Part shown: in pieces, positions 12,801 through 24,800 of the stretch | Layout: every line of letters begins with the position of its first letter | Numbering within the stretch: the stretch's first letter is position 1 | Assembly (NCBI RefSeq): GCF_018977255.1 | Contig: NW_024704742.1 | Span: 114,702,001 to 114,766,000 of the forward strand | DNA from: Callorhinchus milii | Taxonomy: Eukaryota | DNA: 64,000 bases | Reading direction: 5' to 3' | Notes under the pieces: generated by a model | What the model was told of the DNA's origin: nothing | What the model saw: the letters and a program-made list of their open reading frames with translations, nothing else | Database searches by the model: none | Position numbers and translations under genes: made by a program

Positions 12801-15800
12801 CAAGAGCTGACATTGTTAGTTCTGTTCAGTAAATGTCACATTGAAATAGGAATATGGAGATTGGAAGCTTTTTATTTTATCACAAGGCACCTTAAAGCAG
12901 AACTAACTTTTTCAATGTTTCTCTCAGGTTTTTAAATCTTCCTTCAGATGAGACGGTCTTCTGAAGTTTGTCCATTACGGCCTTCGTCTGCAATAAATGG
13001 AAAGACAATCATCAAAGAATTTAAAATGTAACCTCACAGTTTATATACATTTTTTAGATATATAAATACAATGCCCAGTCTTATGTGTGAATTGCATTCA
13101 ATACTGAAGTAGAACCAACTCTGGGATTTCTTCACACTTATTGATCTAAACTCCAAAATACAATACAATTTACATTTATGTAGCACCTGTCGTGTCGGGA
13201 GGATGTCTCAAAGCAGTTCACAGTGTTTGATGGGCACCCAAGCTGGGGTTGGGAGCGAGGGGATGGTGAGGGGGAAAATGACTGTAGTCTTGAGACTTGC
13301 CTTGAAAGAGGGGAGAGGTAGAGTGAGTCGGAGATTCTGGGAACGGAGTTCAAATCCAGTTCATGTGTGAGATGGAAAAAGACAGAGATTCTCACCATCA
13401 GGCAAGCTCCTTTGTCCATTGAAACTCAGGAAACAAACACTGTCACTTTAATTTAATGCCAACTTCAATGCCAACCATTCCATACTCTGGGGGTTATTAC
13501 AGAATTCATGGGAAAATCTTAACAACCGACACAAATCATAGACATCTTTGAAACTTTACTAGCCTTCATTACAACAGGTCTGGAATATAAAAGTAAGGAG
13601 GTGCTGCTTCTGTTACATAGAGTGTTAGTCAGAACTCATTTGAAGTGCTGTGTTCAATTGCATGCACCCAATTGTAGGAAGACTATACTTGCTTTAGGTG
13701 GGTATCCAGCAACAGTTTACTAGATTAACACTGGGATGAGTGGCTTAGATATGATGAGAGGCTGGGTAGACTGGGGTTATATTTCTCAGAGCAGACTAAA
13801 TTAAAGTGTGATTTGAATTAGCTACTTAATATAATGAAAGGAATGATAGGTTAGACAGTAGATGACTTTTCTCTGGGATCCATTACAATGTGACATAGCC
13901 TTGGAATCAGAACCAAAATGGCTCGACAAATGTGATAAAGGCATTGGTTATTACCTGTTTGCACACTTTTGCCCAGGTTTTCTTCAGTCTGTAGATTGCG
14001 CTCCTGTTCAGGGCTGAGGTGATCTCAAGGACGCCATTGTAATTGTGCATGCAACGACAAATGTCTCCCACTGCTACCCACTTCTCAATGGAAGTGGCAC
14101 GGGAGCTCACATCAGTGTGTATCATGATTTGAGAAGCAACCAGGTTACTCATCTGAAAAAGAAATTACAGTCCAGAGGGAAATGAGGGTCATGACTTTCA
14201 TTCACGCACAGAGCATAGACAGCAGGAAATAATTACACAGCTGTAATTCAATCAGTACTTCAGATAACATTGAGAATTGTACAAGTAAACTCTGAGGCAA
14301 GATTACAGCTCCAAATAATTTCCTCCAATTGGTCATAATTTTAGATGATATCCGCTGCTCAGTGAGTCAGTGACTAGAGGGCATCAATTTATCATAATTA
14401 ACGGTCGGGGGGAATCGGAAGATTTTATTTCGTGCAAAGGACTGTTAGGATATTGTAAGGAGTTGTTCTATACATCCCTCGACCCCTCTGCTCCAGTATC
14501 GGCAGCTGTTCTTTTAACTATTCCCTGAAACTCTGGAACTCTCTACATCAATCCCTCTGCTTTGCCCCCTTCTTGTCTGCTGTCAGATCACATTTGAAAG
14601 CCTTCCTCTTTAATCGTGCCTCCGGTTACCTCTTCCCTCTCTCCAGCTCAGCCAGCGTCAGCCTCCGCCACCATTAAGCACTCTGATACTTTACCCATGT
14701 GAAGAGTGCTATGTAAATGAAAGTTGTTATGATTAGGATGTGGACTATTTTGCCAGGTGCACTCCACCTTACTGAGCCACTCTGGAACCATGTCGTCTTG
14801 TTTAACCCTCAACTATCCTGTCTACCTCACATCCATGCCATGTCTCACTCTGCCTTTCCCCATCTCTGCAACATTGCCCGGCTCCACCACTGTCTCACAT
14901 CACAGGCCACTGAGACCCTCATACACACATTCATAACATCCAGGCTCGACTACATAAACTCCCTGCTTGTCGGCCTCGCCAACTCCTCCCTCTATAGGCT
15001 GAAGATCATCCAGAACTCTGCAGCCCTTGTCCTTTCGCACACCAGGCTCCACGACCCCATCCCCCCCATCCTTGCCTGACTCCACTGGATTCTCATCACA
15101 CAGAGGATACAGTTCAAGATCCTGGTCCTCCCCTTCAAAGCTCTCCATGGCCTTGCTCCTCCCTACCTCTGCAGCTTTCTAACCCCCTACCAACCTCCCC
15201 ACTCCCTCCATTCAGCGGGCTCCAGCCACCTTCACATCCCCCTCCTTGCCCACCCCACCATTGGCAGGCGGGTCTTCTGCCACTCTGCCCCCACCCTCTG
15301 TAACTACATCCTGCAGTCCTTCCGCATCGCCCCCTCCCTTACCTCCTTCAAGACCGGTTTCAATAACCTCCTCTTCAACTGTGCCTTCAGTCACCCTCCT
15401 TTCCCCACTGCTCTCCACCCTCCTTGATCCCGATCCCCAGCTCAGGTCCAAAATACTGATTGTCCAGTGCCTTCGGACGCCCTCCCGATGTGAAAGGCGC
15501 TATACAAATGTAATTTTGTTGTTGTTAAGGTGTTCGAGGCAGAACCCATATTAGCTTTCAAGAGTGAACTATAAACAATAATAGTAATCTTTACATTTGG
15601 TAATATATCGCTCCCTTCCTTCCTATTTTCAGGTCTCTGCTGAAGACCTTTCTTTTCGACCGGGCCTTTGGTCACCTTCCTCCCCCTCCCCCTGGCTCGG
15701 CCCCGGGATCCATTACTGTGAAGCGCTCTGAGACGCATTCCGGCCTGGAGGGCGCTATATAAATCCAAGTTGTTGTTGTTGGTACAGCGCCTTTCATGTC

Positions 15801-18800
15801 AGCAGGGCATTGCAAAGCACTTCACGGGATAAATTGTTTTGTGGGCAAACGCAGCAGCCAACTTATGCACAGGAATGGCCCACGAACAGCCATGGAGTGA
15901 ATGACTTATGTACTATGGAGGATTGTTGCACTAGACACCAGGGGAAACTCTCTTCTCTTTTCGAATAGAGCCATGGGATCTTTAACGTACTGCTGAACAG
16001 ACAGACACAATGTAGAAAGAAATCAAAAAATAGACTCAGAAGCGAGAATGATACCATCTGAATCAGACTGACACTTAAAAAGTCTATAATGCTCTGATCA
16101 CTAAAAATACTAGTGTTTTTAACATTATTTGTTTATAATGGAAAATCTTGCCCCTTGACAGCATCCTACTGCACTGCCCATTCCCAGAGCTTTTATGCAG
16201 CAAGAATGAGATGGAAACATTTTGACACTGAGATTTAGTATCTAAATCTCTAAATGGGGGTTTTGCCCACAAAATATACAGTCAATTCACTTTCCAGTAT
16301 ATTCTGCGAAGCACTTTGAGATGTCTCAAAGACGTGATGAGGCGCCATATCAAATGCAAGGATTATTATTATTGATAATTAATGACTTTACTGGGCTTGT
16401 CCCAGAGAGTCTGAGCAAGGGGGAAATGGGGAGTCAGTTTCCCATCCTGTTCTGTAACATACACCAACAATTGTCTGCAACATTTAATCACTGTACAAAC
16501 TCAGAGGTTCGGAAAATTCCTGGTCACTTACATCATTAAAATGCTTGCTGGTTTTCATGATGTATGGGGTCCGTTCATTTTTATCAAGTTTCATCCAGCC
16601 TTGACCAAGAAACTCCCTGAAAAGAAAATGACAAAGTAAAGATAGCACATGCTTTTGCTTTACTCTTTTGAAAGTTTTACGCTCATTAGTTCTGGCCTTT
16701 ATAACTCAAGTCTTTTTGAAATCAGAAGTACAGAATTCTTCCAATACAGCTGAGAATTTTTACAGAACAAGGATTTGTCACTGTTTAGAAATGCCCCCAG
16801 CAACAACAAAAAATTTCTCTACTGCATTTATTTTTTCTATTCTTTTCTAGTGTACTTTCCTGCACCAATTAATGCACCAATAACAATTTCTAAATATGAA
16901 GTGCATCAGATCTCTAGCAAAAAAAAGTCTTAGGAAAATACTATTGCATTCTACCAGATCGGAGAGCTTCAGCGTGAAATCTTCCAACCTCCTCTTCCAC
17001 CCTCCAATCCTACCTATTGCTAATATCTTTTTTTTAAAAAATCATTTCTGCGTCCACTTTCGGTCCAGTACAATAAATACATCATCACTCTCTGGAGACA
17101 AGATTACACCGGCCAGTGGAGCTGGAGTACTGGAGCTGGGACTATAAGGAGGTCACCTAAGCCCTAAGCCATAGGGGCTATGCAGAAGAGAGAAATAACC
17201 AGTGTACCAGTGTAGGAGGGTTCTATGAAGAACGATTAGATGTTGGAGCTCTTCAACCTTGAAAAGAGATGTCTCAGAGGAGATCATAGAATCATACAGC
17301 ACAGAAGGAGGCCATTCGGCCCATCTTGTCTGTGCCAGCTCTTTGAAAAGAGCTGTCCAATTCAATCCCACTCCCCCACTCTATAATAATAATAATCCTT
17401 GCATTTGATATAGCGCTTTTCACGTTGGGAGGATGTCCCAAAGTGCTTCACAGAACACACTGTAAAGTGAATTGACTGTATATTTGTGGCCGAACGCAGC
17501 AGCCAATTGCGCACAGCAATGTCCCACAAACAGTCGTAGATTGAAAATGACCAATTTATTATTGTTTTGTTTTTTTGGAGGGATTATTATTAGGGGTGTG
17601 GAGTAAGGAAACTTGCCCAAGGTTTCACCCTGCCTGGAATTGAACTCAGGTCTCTCGGTTACAAAGCGAGTGCTCTAACCACTGAGCTACAGGACTCCAC
17701 AAAATGACCAATTTATTATTGTTTTTGATTTTGGAGGGATTATTATTAGGCCTGTGGAGTAAGGAAACTTGCCCAAGGTTTCGCCCTGCCTGGAATTGAA
17801 CTCAGGTCTCTCGCTTGCAAAGCAAGTGCTCTAACCATTGAGCTACAGACTCCACATAGCCCTGCAAACTTGTCCTCCCCAAATAATTATCTCATAGATA
17901 ATAAGATCTCATAGAGATATACAAGATTCTAAATGGGGTTGAGAGAGTGAACCCAGGATAATACTTTCAGATATGCCAAATCAGTAGAGCACAGGATCAG
18001 GCCTGCAAAGGGCAGCATCAGGGCAGACACCAAAAAGTATTTCTTTATGCGAGGGAAATTAATAATAATAATAATAATCCTTGCATTTGATATAGCGCTT
18101 TTCACGTCGGGAGGACGTCCCAAAGCGCTTCACAGAACACACTGTAAAGTGAATTGACTGTATATTTGTGGGCGAACGCGGCAGCCATTTGCGCACAGCA
18201 ATGTCCCACAAACAGTCGTAGAATTAAAATGACCAATTTATTATTGTTTTTGGTTTTGGAGGGATTATTATTAGGTGTGTGGAGTAAGGAAACTTGCCCA
18301 AGGTTTCGCCCTGACCTGCCTGGAATTGAACTCAGGTCTCTCGCTTGCAAAGCGAGTGCTCTAACCACTGAGCTACAGGACTCCACAAATGACTGGAACA
18401 GGTTGTTAGAAAAAGTTGATGAGGCTAGGGCAGTAGTCTCATTTAAGAAACAGTTTGCAGGAAGGGCATTTTTAAGGATGAGTTCAAATGAGCTTGTGAT
18501 CTTGTGTAATCTTGTAATAAAAACAATCTTCCTCCAACATAGAGTTTTTATTTCCCTGGATGGAACTATAATAATTCTAAAATAGTAATAATCCTTACTT
18601 TGGTAGAGCACCTTTCACGCCAAGAGGACATCTCTATAGGCATGCAGATTTACTTTTACAAAGAAGAACTTCCACCCCTCCCAATCCCAAAATAAAACTC
18701 AAACTTACTCATATGGTATGCTTCTGAAAACAATATGATCAAGGAGTGTTAACTGCTCTGCTAGTTCCATGGCTGAGAGAGTCTCAAAGGATTCCATCCT

Positions 18801-21800
18801 GGGGCCATTTGTCTGTAGAGCATCAGGTTATGCAACAGATTAGTACAACAAAAGCGCAATGATTAAATTGTGATTAAATTAGTACATTGCTGATTTGGAG
18901 ACTTAATTTACTGGAAACCCTTGATGCAAATTTTACAAAATGAATTAGTGCTAATAGATTACAATTTGTAGACTGAAAAATGTCTCTTACATAATATTAT
19001 AGACTTTATTTTTACCATGACAGGACAAGCAATACTAAGCAGGTAAGAGTCAATTACATCACTTCCACTGAATGATAAACAATGAGTGTGGTTCTATTTC
19101 ATTACAGTGAAATTTTGTTAACTGAATACTCAATTTGACAGCAAAAATTATTCAATAAACCAAACTATTCATATAATCGGACTAAACATAATAGGAGGCT
19201 CATCTCCCAGAACTCTGAATTCTATCCAATAATCTGCACTATTCAATTATTCAATATTGAATGAATCAAATTTCACTGTACTTTGTTCTTGTGTAATGTT
19301 TTTGTTTTGGTCTGCTGACACATGCAAAAACCCATCAACATGAGCAAGAGTATTTAAACTAGAGTATTCCATGTATGTATGCCACCTACACATAAACATT
19401 TTTCCCTGTGTCTGGAACAGAATGCGTACTCTCTCAATGGAGGGACTCACTCTGCTTACCTAATTCTGTAGAGTATTGGATCCATGTTCTAAGTTTAAAT
19501 ATTGCAGTTTGGAAATAAAAAGAATAGCACGAATTTATCTGGTTTTAACTTTCCTTCTTTCTAGTTTAAATTATCATTAGATATATCAAATGTGTTAATG
19601 TGATTGGTGACAATCTGGATTTTTGAGAAGGTTGAAGCCAGAAGAAACTTTATAGTTCTGGAGGACTAGAAGGTTATGCTCAAAGTGGTTATTTCTGCTG
19701 GTCAGAGAATGAACCAAACTTAAGCAGTTTGTGCTTAAAATGGAAACCTCCCACTGTAAGCACATACTGCCAAGTTGGAAAAACTCCCGATAAGTGAAAA
19801 TAAACCTTGAGTGTAGAATATTAGATCATAAAATATTTACTACTTTTTAATCAACTTTGTACAGGTGAAGCATTGCCCCTTAGGACATTAGAATACATTA
19901 GAACATATACCACAGAAACAGGCCATTCAGCCCAACTAGTCTTTGCCGGTGTTTATGCTCCACATGAGCCTCCTCCTGCCCTTCCTCAACTAAGCCTTCA
20001 AGCATAACCTTCTATTCCTTTCTCCCTCATGTACCTATCTAACTTCCCCTTAAATACATCTATGCTACTTCCCTCAACAACTCCTTGTGGCAGCATGTTC
20101 AATAATAATATTAATAAATTTATTGATATTAACATAATTAATATATTAATATTAATAATATTTATTAATAAACAATAATAAATTGTTCATTTTCAATCCA
20201 CGACTGTTTGTGGGACACTGCTGTGCGCAATTGGCTGCCGTATTTCGCCCAGAAATATACAGTCAATTCATTTTACAGTATATTCTGTGAAGCGCTTTGA
20301 GATGTCTAGCAGACGTGAAAAGCGCTATATCAAATGCAAGGATTATTATTATTATATTAGAGCGACGGTGCCAACCTGTGACCCACAAACTACTTAAGAA
20401 GCTCCTGCCCCTCCATGTCCCCCAACATTCACACGAGTCTAGGAAAGTCTGTGTTCAATCTTAATTTTCAAGCTGGATTTCTGTAATTTTTTGAAGAGCT
20501 ACAGAAAAGCATCTTCAAAGTTAAGACTAAATTCAACAATTTGCCAAAATCTGCACACTCTGAATGCACGAACTTCCATCCTAACATTCCTTATAGCACA
20601 GTGCAATTGGGTTCAGTTACTGTAGAGTGTACTTGAAACATTGCTGCTCGCGGAAAAAGTTAATTAATTTGTCAAAGACCACACTTAAATTACAATGCCA
20701 CTATAGTCGATCTATTTTCAATTGTTTTTGATGCTTTATAAAAGCCTTATCATTCCATTAGACTGTAGTATCACCCAACATCTAAGTTAAACAACAACAA
20801 TAAATTACACCTGTATAGCACCCTTCACGTCAGAAGGATGTCCCAGGGCGCTGGACAATCAGGGAGTTCGGACCTGAGCTGGGAGTTGGAGTCAGGAGGG
20901 GAGGAGGGCAGGCGGATGGGGGTGGGAGGGTGGCCAAAGGTACGATCAAAGAGGAAGAATCAGATGGGTTATGACGGAGGCAAGAGAGGGGCTGAGGCCG
21001 AGGGATTGTGGGATATAGTTCCAGAGTGTGGAGGCACAGAGGCTGAATGCCCAACCGCCAATGGTGTGGTGGGAAATGCAGGGGACCTGAAAAGTTATTT
21101 AATTATAAAGGTTATTAAATTAGTACAACAAAAACTTGTATTTATATAGCGCCCTTCACGTAGGGTAGTTTCTGGGTTCAAGCCTCAAGTCGGCACTTGG
21201 AACTCATGTAGTCTAAGGTGACACTCCAGTGCAATGCAGGTGGTGCTGTGGTATTGAAGGTATTGTCCTTCTGATGAAATGTTAAACCAAGGTACCGTCT
21301 GGCTGTTCTGATAGACGTTAAAGATCCTTTGAGACTATTTGAAAAGAGATGGGCATTTCTCCCGGTGTCCTGGCCAACAACCCACAAATGAAATTGGTCA
21401 TTCACTCCATAGCTGTTTGTGGGACAATGCTGTGCACAAATTGGCTGCTCTGTTCGTCCACAAAACACAGTCACTCCCCTTTACAGTATAACTTGTGAAG
21501 TGTTTTGGGACATCCTCCTTTTGTGACAGGTGCTATACCAAATGCAAGGATTTTTTTTTAAAACATCTAGGAGCTATTTATAATGACACAGCCAGTTGCT
21601 GAGCAGGGGAGGGGGAGCATAGGAATAATTTTGGGGAGAATATAAAGTTCGATTTCATAATTAATATCTAAAAATAAACACCGCTATGTGTAAAGTGGAG
21701 GTGACTTCTGTCTATTGAATGACAATACTGTTTCTTTTTTAGTGTTTTCATTTAAGTGGAACATAGAAGACAATTTGCTCATTATTTTGTGATAGCGTTT

Positions 21801-24800
21801 GCTCATATCTTCGACACGTCTCAAAGAGCTTCACAGGATATACTGTATGGTGGAGTGACTGAGTATTTTGTAGGCGAAGCCATCCATCCCAATTCCCTGC
21901 GCTTTCCTGCACCCACTAACACCCTTCCTCTTTATGTCCTTGTCTAATTTTGCTTTTAAATATCCTGCATTTAAACATCCAGGACAAAATGACACAGTTC
22001 TGGATTTATTCGTGGTTTACTTCTCAAATGATGCACTCACCAGCTGTATAATATCTTCCATCCTCAGCTGTGCATCATCCAGTTCTTCATGTGAAAGCGC
22101 ACTGACAGAGAGTTTACTGCATATTAGAAGGATGTAACTGCATCATTGTTATCACAGAAAAACAGAATAATCAGCATATCAAAATTGTTGTACCTCCAAT
22201 ATATTTTTAGTTGTTATTAAAGAAACACGGATTTGATAATCTGCTGATTTGACACAAAACACTGTTGCAAAACTAGTTATTATAGTTGATTCAGTTAATC
22301 TGGCTCAGTCTGAAATGACAGCCTAGTGCAATACTGGAGAATTGCTGCAATGTTGGATGAGACGTCAAGACGAGGTTTTGCTCATCTGTTTTTAAGTGTT
22401 AAAGATCCTATGACACTATTCAAAAAGGGAGTTTCTTTCAGTGTCCTGACCAACAACCCTCCAGAATATTGGTCATTCACGTTTTGCCTGTTTGTGACAT
22501 ATTGCTGTTTCCACAGATAAATATAAAATGAGAGAACAAACCGTTTCCTGGAAAGGTGTGCCACCTGCTGTTATTCCTTCAAATATTCCTTAAATAAGTT
22601 AAAGAATGCATTAAGGAATTCCGCAAATTACTCCGCTATTCCTCCCCTCCCTATTCCGTTTTATTCACTTAATCGAGACACCAGAGAGAAAAAAGCTCTG
22701 GAATATTGGAAACCAAGGCAGAGAAAGGGAGGATATAATTGTGGAGAGAAACAGGATTATATCAACAGGATCTGAAATGTACATTAATTCCTCAGTTTTT
22801 TTTCAAAGGTGTGTCCAATATTAAAGATTATACATAAGGTCGGCATTCAACGCATCTGTTTAATTGTTGGTGTAAATTTCCAATATTAGTAATACAACCA
22901 GTAACTGTAAATTGATGGCACGCAGTGCTTTTACAGTGTCAATATTATTGTCTGCTACTTTACTTCCTTATACAAAGCAGAAGTCCCATACCATTACCTG
23001 GAATTATCAGCAAAGTATACAAATATTACCTTAAAATGTTGGCGGTAGCTTTCCTTTCTTGCGGCAGAAGATCAGGATCTCGCATCACTTCTTCTAACAA
23101 CCCCAGAACACATGCCTTCAACTCACTGTTCATCTCAAAATCCTAAACAATCAGACACCAATAAACTCATTAATATTAATAGATGAGAGTCCAGCACTTA
23201 AAACCTATTGAATCCATGATTTTAAAAGGTATAGTTACAGGCACCTTTCTTTGAGTACTCAGTTGAATTGCCTGGTTCTTTTCCCTGATACACTTCCAAA
23301 ATATATCAGACACTGTCTTAGGTAGTTTTCTCACCTTGAGTCAGAGGGTTGTGGGTTAAAGTCCACCTTGAGACACTGAGCTTTCACAGTCTTCTCTGAC
23401 ACTTGAATTCAGTTCTGGGGGAGCACTGCATAGATGAGTTGCTATTCTTCTGAAGAGACTTTTAAAACAAGGTAATGCTTGCCTGTTCAGATGGAGGTTC
23501 AACTTGGGACATCCTCCCGATATGAAAGCCACTATACAAATTTGTTGTTATTGATGAGTTTAATTATCTCATGGTAAAAGGCGAAGGGACTTTCTTTCCA
23601 CTATCTGGTGGAATTGTTGTCCTGACCAACAATTCCACCAGATAAAATGTATTATTCAGTTCATGGTTGTTTGTGGGATACTGCTGTGTGTAAATTGCCT
23701 ACTGAGGTTGACTGCACTTTACTACCGTGAAGCGCTTTGAGACGTTCGATGGTAGGCCAGCCTGTAGGATTGTTTAGTTTGGTGCAATATAAGGATTTCT
23801 ATTCAAGATGTCAGCGACAGACACTGACCTCGAACATAAATCTGGGCTGGTTAAAACTGATTGTGCAAAATCAGTTAAAATTTAATCCATTCAGCCTTCA
23901 GAGGTGCCTGTCCTTTATAAAACAAGGCAATAATCCCATGCCCATCTGAATAACAATATTTTTTACATTTATATAGTACCTTTTACATTGGGAAGACGTC
24001 ACAAAGCACTTAAATTAATTGCCATTGAATTTATTTTGAATTTCCCTACGTCCTTATCGCTGGTAATACAGTAAATACAGTGGCTAATAGTTGGCCCTCA
24101 AATACATTTGTCTCATTTCTAGTAGTCAAAGTGGCCTTTGGTGATGAGGTATTCCTAATAGTCCCATTTAGATGTATCCATCCATACACTGGGCAGTGCT
24201 TTTATATTCTTTGGGCCACTGAAGGTTATAAATTATTTTATTTAAAATAGCTATATGATGTTAAGTTGTTGTAAACAACATTTACAACAACTTGCATTTA
24301 CATACCACCCTTGATGTGAGGTGGTGTCTCTGAGCGCTTAAAGGCAATTGGATAATCATCTGAAGAATACCATTAGAAAACTTCATTTAGGAAAAGACCA
24401 GAGAAATGAGTAGTAAACTACATAGTCTCAATGGCCCATAATTCACTGATTAATTGATCATTTGCCTTGTCATGGTTGCCTATAAAAGAACAGTCCCTTA
24501 CATAATAATAAGTAATTCTTCATCTGATATAGCTTCTTACCATGTTGTCAAGATGTCTCAAAGCATTTTGTAGGATATCCTATAAAGTGATGTGACTGTA
24601 TGAATTTTGTGGAAGAACGCAGCAGCCAATTTGTGCACAGCATTGTCCTACAAAACAGTCTTGGAGTGAGTGACTAATTCTATTTAAGGATTGTTGGCCA
24701 GAACACAAGGAGAAACTCCCTTCTTTTTTTGAGTCGTGCCATGGGAGAGGTGGCAACTCTCACCTGGACAGGCAGACGCAACCTCAGTTTAACGTCTTAT

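Larger units (their letters stand above)
17185..18480 (+). mobile_element. CR1 3' fragment split by nested insertions
   Basis: YEERL..LELF.LEKR.LRGD piece, then IEIYKIL.G piece, then WNRL..KV.EA piece, in collinear order. Confidence 0.78.

Noticed and set aside
18102..18611. Recurrent ORFs such as [16 protein letters not shown] and [11 protein letters not shown]
   Set aside because: Chance frames through repeated SINE copies.
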